This document shows positions 59,491-64,000 of a stretch of DNA of 64,000 nt, piece by piece. The stretch comes from an uncultured Acidobacteriota bacterium. Lineage in GTDB: Bacteria; Acidobacteriota; UBA6911. Location: the NCBI GenBank assembly GCA_963809485.1, contig CAWEJX010000001.1, positions 64,001 to 128,000 on the forward strand, read 5' to 3'. Numbering within the stretch: position 1 is the first letter of the stretch; the number at the start of each line of letters is the position of its first letter. The notes under the pieces are model-generated. The model saw nothing but the letters and a program-made list of their open reading frames with translations. It searched no databases and had not been told where the DNA came from. Both the position numbers and the translations under genes were made by a program.

Positions 59491-60525
59491 TTATTGCATC
59501 AATTTGCGCAACGAATTGCCAAATGGGGCCCGGGCAATTCCCCGGTCGGTGATAATGGCATGAACATAGCGGCCCGGCGTAACATCAAATGCCGGGTTGG
59601 CTACTCTGACATTAGACGGTGTAATGGCAATGCCCTTGATCTTGCGCACCTCATCCGGATCCCGCTCTTCAATCGGTATGTGGCTGCCGTCGGGGATGGA
59701 CAGGTCCAGTGTTGAAACGGGCGCGGCGACGTAAAATGGCACCCCGTTCTCTTTCGCGAGCACGGACAAAGGATAGGTGCCGATCTTGTTGGCCACATCG
59801 CCGTTGGCTGCAATCCGGTCCGCGCCCACCACGACGCAGTTGATATTCCCCTTCTGCAGAAAATAGCCTGCCATGTTATCCGTGATTACGGTGACCGGTA
59901 TGCCGTCCTTCTCCAGTTCCCATGCCGTCAGTCTCGCCCCTTGCAGAAAAGGCCGCGTTTCGTCTGCATAAACCTGGACATGCTTGCCTGCTTCAACAGC
60001 CGCCCGGATCACTCCGAGGGCGGTTCCATAGCCGGCTGTTGCCAGTGCCCCCGCGTTGCAGTGAGTCAGGACCTGAGCCTTATCGGGTATCAGTTCCTGC
60101 CCAAAACGCCCGATCCTCCGGTTGGCCTCGATGTCTTCGGAATGCATTTTGAGCGATTCCTGAACCAGCGCCCTGCGGATGGCCTGGACACCATTGCCCC
60201 GCTCCCTTTCGTAGACGGCTTTCATGCGCTCGACGGCCCAGGACAGGTTGATGGCCGTAGGGCGGGTCGCCCGTACGTCCGCACAAATGCGATCGAACGC
60301 CGCATCCAGCTCCGCGATATCCGCACAAGCAGCCTTCTGCACACCCAGTGCAACCCCCATGGCTGCGGCAATACCGATTGCAGGAGCGCCGCGGATCACC
60401 ATGCTCCGTATCGCCTCAGCAATTCCGGCATGATCCGTGTATGTATTATAGACTTCCTCGGCCGGCAGCAGCCGCTGGTCCAGCATCACCACGCCGGATT
60501 CGGTCCAATCGATCGTTCGTATCAT
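59491..60525 (-). CDS. mtnA: S-methyl-5-thioribose-1-phosphate isomerase
   Basis: [52 protein letters not shown]. Confidence 0.96.
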   Translation of the reverse strand: MIRTIDWTESGVVMLDQRLLPAEEVYNTYTDHAGIAEAIRSMVIRGAPAIGIAAAMGVALGVQKAACADIAELDAAFDRICADVRATRPTAINLSWAVERMKAVYERERGNGVQAIRRALVQESLKMHSEDIEANRRIGRFGQELIPDKAQVLTHCNAGALATAGYGTALGVIRAAVEAGKHVQVYADETRPFLQGARLTAWELEKDGIPVTVITDNMAGYFLQKGNINCVVVGADRIAANGDVANKIGTYPLSVLAKENGVPFYVAAPVSTLDLSIPDGSHIPIEERDPDEVRKIKGIAITPSNVRVANPAFDVTPGRYVHAIITDRGIARAPFGNSLRKLMQ

Positions 60526-60614
60526 TCGAATCCTCAAGAAAGGCGAAGTCTAGCGTAAGCGCCGAGTTTTTTGAAGACCTCCGGCAAGTAATTTGCGGCA
60601 GCCGATTCCGAAGG

Positions 60615-60655
60615 CGCCGTTTGTCAGCGTTCTTGTCAGCGCATGTCAGCGTTGC
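60615..60655. repeat. Solo TCAGCG x3 repeat matching the cargo of the palindromic elements
   Basis: CGTTTGTCAGCGTTCTTGTCAGCGCATGTCAGCGTT versus CGTTTGTCAGCGCTTTTATCAGCGTTTCTCAGCGTT at ~49218. Confidence 0.55.
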
Positions 60656-60700
60656 CTGATCCGAATTCCCGCAATCGCGCAGATAGAGATGCAGATTCTT

Positions 60701-60730
60701 TTGACAAATCCCGAATCCTGATGATATAAG
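60701..60730 (+). promoter_or_regulatory. Sigma70 promoter for the btu operon
   Basis: TTGACA-N18-TATAAG with TG extension, just upstream of the riboswitch. Confidence 0.6.
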
Positions 60731-60753
60731 TCCCTTTTTGTTGATCTCTGAAA

Positions 60754-60945
60754 AGCGAATGAGGTGCCCCGGTTGGGGTAAAAGGGAAGTGGGTGAGATT
60801 CCCACACGGTCCCGCCACTGTAATCGGAAAGCCCGGCATCTTTGGCCTTGGTAGCACCAAGCGCCCGCCACTCGTTTTATCAGCATAACGGGGAAGGCGA
60901 GATGCCCGGCAACGACCCGAAAGTCAGGAAACCTGCCTCTTCGTC
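60754..60945 (+). ncRNA. Cobalamin riboswitch
   Basis: GGTGC, AAAAGGGAAGTGGGTGAGATTCCCACACGGTCCCGCCACTGTAA, GCCACT, GGGAAGG, AAGTCAGGAAACCTGCC B12-box elements; upstream of btu genes. Confidence 0.93.
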
Positions 60946-60981
60946 AACTTCAGCTAGCTCTTCGCGAGAAAGAGTACTGAA

Positions 60982-61968
60982 ATGCAGCTCAGTCATTCCT
61001 ACCGCACCAAGCTCTCAGGTTCCTCCGGAAATCTGCCTTCCAACCCAAAAAGCATTTCTGCTGCGTTCGCATGCATCCTGCTCTGCCTTGCGGGATCGGG
61101 CTGCCAAAGTAATCGCCAGGCTGGATCGCGGCATTTGCTTTCGGAAGCGGCGGAAAAAGTCTCCTATACGGACGGGATAGGAAGGCATGTGGATATCCGC
61201 AGGCATCCGCTGAAAATCATATCCCTTGCTCCGGATGTGACGGAGACGCTCTACCTGCTCGGGGCGCAGGACCGTCTTATCGGCAACACCACTCAATGCA
61301 CCTGGCCTGAGGCGGCAAAAAACAAACCCAAGGTGGGCGATCTTCTGAATCCAAACTACGAAGTCATCCTGGCGGCGAAGCCCGACCTTGTCATTTCATC
61401 CACGGCCGGCAATGACCGGGCGGCAGTCATGAAACTTGCCGCCCTGGGCCTCCCGGTTTATGTCGTAGCGCCGCGGAACGTGGACAGGATTTTTGAATCT
61501 GTCGAGCGGATCGGGCGCATTACCGATTGTGCCGACCGGGGGATTGAGCTTGTCGCCGATATGAAAGATCGGCTGGAAAGAATACGGCTCAGGATCGCGG
61601 GACTTCCCCCGGTGCGCGCCTTTTTTATCACCTGGTTTGATCCCCTGTTGGCGCCGGGAAAAACGACATTTGAGAATGACGTGCTGGGCCTGGCCGGAGT
61701 GATCTCAATTACGGCCGACATCCCGCAGTTTTATCCCCGGTACAGTCTTGAACAGCTCCTTGTAAAGAATCCGGATGCCATTATCACCGTCAAGCAGGAA
61801 GGGAATCCGATCCCCGAATTTAAGAGAATCGCCGGCTGGCGGGATCTGCGGGCTGTCCGGGAAGGAAGAATTTTCGTTTTGACGGAATTTCTTCAGCACC
61901 CCTCTCCCCTGTTCGTCAACGGCGTAGAGGAACTGGCACAGAAGCTCTATCCGGAGCGTTTTCGATGA
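60982..61968 (+). CDS. btuF: Cobalamin-binding periplasmic protein
   Basis: IISLAPDVTETLY, KPDLVI, LRAVREGRI; under a B12 riboswitch; start uncertain. Confidence 0.85.
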   Translation: MQLSHSYRTKLSGSSGNLPSNPKSISAAFACILLCLAGSGCQSNRQAGSRHLLSEAAEKVSYTDGIGRHVDIRRHPLKIISLAPDVTETLYLLGAQDRLIGNTTQCTWPEAAKNKPKVGDLLNPNYEVILAAKPDLVISSTAGNDRAAVMKLAALGLPVYVVAPRNVDRIFESVERIGRITDCADRGIELVADMKDRLERIRLRIAGLPPVRAFFITWFDPLLAPGKTTFENDVLGLAGVISITADIPQFYPRYSLEQLLVKNPDAIITVKQEGNPIPEFKRIAGWRDLRAVREGRIFVLTEFLQHPSPLFVNGVEELAQKLYPERFR

Positions 61969-63017
61969 GCCGTCTTTCGGGTAAAAGAATTTTATCGGTA
62001 AGCCTCGTGTTGCTCGGCGCATGGTTCGTCGCGGCAATCGCCTCGCTGAACATCGGAAGCGTCCCGATACCTGCACGGACTTCCCTGAAACTTCTGGCGG
62101 GATGGTTAACAGGCGCCCATACGGGAGAGGATCCCCTGGAATCGGTTCTTTTCTCTGTGCGGCTGCCCCGTGTGCTTCTGGGTTCCCTGGTAGGGGCAGG
62201 CCTCGCTGCGGCGGGAACCGCTTTCCAATCTTTGCTGCGCAATCCTCTGGCGGATCCTTATGTGCTCGGAGTATCTACAGGCGCGTCCATGGGAACAATC
62301 CTCTATTCCATTTTTGCCGGCTGGCTGGGATTCGCCGCGGGGGCAGGCGGATTTGTGTATGGCCGCCCTCTTGCCGCATTTCTGGGCGCCGTCTTCACGA
62401 TCGGGGCGGTATATATGGTCGCATCCGGACCCCATCGCAACGGGGAGAGCTCGCAACGGCTGTTGCTCGCGGGAATCGTGCTGGCTTCGTTCCTTTCCTC
62501 CATCAATGTTTTCCTCCTGACCAGCACCAGCCAGGCGGATCTGCGCGGGATTTTCTACTGGCTGATCGGGGACCTCAGCCGCCCGGTGGACGCCTCGATT
62601 TACCCGGTAACCGCGCTGGTTTTTGCGGGATTCTTTCTCCTTTGCCTTTTTTCGCACAGCCTGAATCTGATCGGGATGGGAGAGGAAGACGCGCTGATTC
62701 TCGGCATCGAAGTACGGCGAGTGAAGACCTGTGTTTACATCATCGCCTCTCTGATCACCGGGGCTGTCGTCTCCGTCAGTGGTCCTATCGCCTACATCGG
62801 GCTAATCTGCCCGCACATGGGGCGGATGCTTTTCGGCAGCGACAACCGGATCCTGTTTCCCACCGTGTTTATCTTCGGAGCAATTTTCACCCTCCTGGCC
62901 GACACTCTGGCAAGAACCATTCTCTCGCCCGCAGAGCTTCCTGTCGGCATCGTGACCGCCCTGTGTGGAGCCCCCCTTTTCATATACCTGCTGCGCCGTA
63001 AAGGGAGGAACTCATGA
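61965..63017 (+). CDS. btuC: Cobalamin ABC transporter permease (FecCD family)
   Basis: RLPRVL, RNPLADPYVLGVS.GA, GEEDA..LG, ELPVG. Confidence 0.88.
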   Translation: MSRLSGKRILSVSLVLLGAWFVAAIASLNIGSVPIPARTSLKLLAGWLTGAHTGEDPLESVLFSVRLPRVLLGSLVGAGLAAAGTAFQSLLRNPLADPYVLGVSTGASMGTILYSIFAGWLGFAAGAGGFVYGRPLAAFLGAVFTIGAVYMVASGPHRNGESSQRLLLAGIVLASFLSSINVFLLTSTSQADLRGIFYWLIGDLSRPVDASIYPVTALVFAGFFLLCLFSHSLNLIGMGEEDALILGIEVRRVKTCVYIIASLITGAVVSVSGPIAYIGLICPHMGRMLFGSDNRILFPTVFIFGAIFTLLADTLARTILSPAELPVGIVTALCGAPLFIYLLRRKGRNS

Positions 63018-63808
63018 ACCGGGGAAAAGTGATGCTGGAAGCCCGAGGGGTGAGTTTCAGTTACCACCGGCCGATCGTGCGGGATATTTCTTTTAGCCTG
63101 GGACCGGGGACCGTGACGGGAATCATCGGTCCCAATGGCTCCGGAAAGACGACGATCCTGCGCCTCCTTGATGGAATCGTGCCTCCGCTCTCCGGACAGA
63201 TTCTTCTTGGGGCGGATCGTCCTCTTTCCGGCTTGAGCCGGAAGGAGATCGCGCGCCACATCGCGATGGTCCCGCAGAACGGCGGTTCGTACCACTACCA
63301 GACGGTTTTTCAGTTTGCGATTCAGGGAAGGTCCCCGCACCTCTCGCTATTGGCTTTTGAGAGCCTCCAGGACGAGAAGATCGCCCTCGAAGCGCTGGAA
63401 ATGACGCAGCTCATGCAGTATCGGAATACGCGCGTTTCCCAAATTTCCGGTGGTGAAAAACAGCGCCTGCTGCTTGCCCGGGCGCTGGCCCAGCAGACAG
63501 AAATCCTGCTTTTGGATGAGTTCACAGCCAACCTGGATATCAACTATCAGGTGGAATTGATGCGGCTGGTTCAGCGTATAACGAAGGAAAAGAGCCTCGC
63601 GACGCTCGTCGTATCGCACGAAATCAATCTCCTGGGAACTTTTTGCGACCGGATCATCCTCATGAGCCAGGGAGTGATCCGCTGCCAGGGCAGTGTCCAG
63701 GAAGTCCTGACGCAGGAGAACCTGAAATCAATTTTTGGTCTCGATTTCTCCATACGCCCTCTCCCCGGCGAAAAGGTGGAAATCGCCCCTGTCATCAATA
63801 AGGATTAA
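63014..63808 (+). CDS. btuD: Cobalamin ABC transporter ATPase
   Basis: GPNGSGKTT, ISGGEKQR, LLLDEFTANLD. Confidence 0.88.
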   Translation: MNRGKVMLEARGVSFSYHRPIVRDISFSLGPGTVTGIIGPNGSGKTTILRLLDGIVPPLSGQILLGADRPLSGLSRKEIARHIAMVPQNGGSYHYQTVFQFAIQGRSPHLSLLAFESLQDEKIALEALEMTQLMQYRNTRVSQISGGEKQRLLLARALAQQTEILLLDEFTANLDINYQVELMRLVQRITKEKSLATLVVSHEINLLGTFCDRIILMSQGVIRCQGSVQEVLTQENLKSIFGLDFSIRPLPGEKVEIAPVINKD

Positions 63809-63812
63809 AGCC

Positions 63813-64000
63813 ATGAAAGCCTTAAAAATGCCAAAATGCCTGGCTGTTATCGCTGCCTCTGTTTTTATTGTCACCATCCTGCCTGCCCAGCTCAGGGCAC
63901 ATCCCACCGGGGATACACCGGCGGAGGCTCAAAAAATCTCAGGAACGATCGTGGATCCCAGCGGAGCGCCTCTGCCTCAAACTCTGGTTGAGATCCGAGA
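63813..64000 (+). CDS. Probable TonB-dependent receptor, N-terminus only (runs off window)
   Basis: MKALKMPKCLAVIAASVFIVTILPAQLRA signal, then ISGTIVDPSGAPLP (carboxypeptidase-regulatory-like domain start). Confidence 0.6.
   Translation, partial: MKALKMPKCLAVIAASVFIVTILPAQLRAHPTGDTPAEAQKISGTIVDPSGAPLPQTLVEIR

Noticed and set aside
1-64000. CRISPR array, tRNA or rRNA genes
   Set aside because: No regularly spaced repeat-spacer units, cloverleafs or rRNA signatures seen by eye; no cas genes

Overview
Bacterial chromosomal window, moderately GC-rich. An Acidobacteriota-like diderm is inferred from gene content only and is not verified. Left to right: a murU/amgK-like peptidoglycan-recycling pair; alpha-2-macroglobulin plus pbpC (three apparent single-base indels); an exported VOC-fold protein; and a signal-peptide-bearing UGSC-type selenoprotein that the ORF track splits at an in-frame UGA (D-U-G-G-C) followed by a SECIS-like hairpin. 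Next is an AT-richer accessory island (about 12.8-21.6 kb) with an IS66 stub, an orphan toxin-tip/immunity-like remnant, a Y1/HUH transposase with terminal inverted repeats, and a Sec-signal Rhs protein with an HExxH metallopeptidase tip, a BNR-repeat candidate immunity protein and a poly-T promoter tract. Housekeeping and metabolic genes follow: SurA-like PPIase, SSS symporter, thioesterase, hotdog protein, MoxR/VWA, CitE-like lyase, queG, esterase and an internally deleted isocitrate/isopropylmalate dehydrogenase. A ~25 kb surface-glycan locus contains an epimerase, WaaL-like ligase, Wzm/Wzt, two coiled-coil methyltransferases, two GT-C enzymes and many GT2/GT4/GT9 genes, with nested IS200/IS605-type non-autonomous palindromic elements between genes. 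The window ends with tsaD, mtnA and a cobalamin-riboswitch-led btuFCD plus TonB-receptor operon. No rRNA, tRNA or CRISPR array was seen. All calls are by eye from motifs; no database searches were run.
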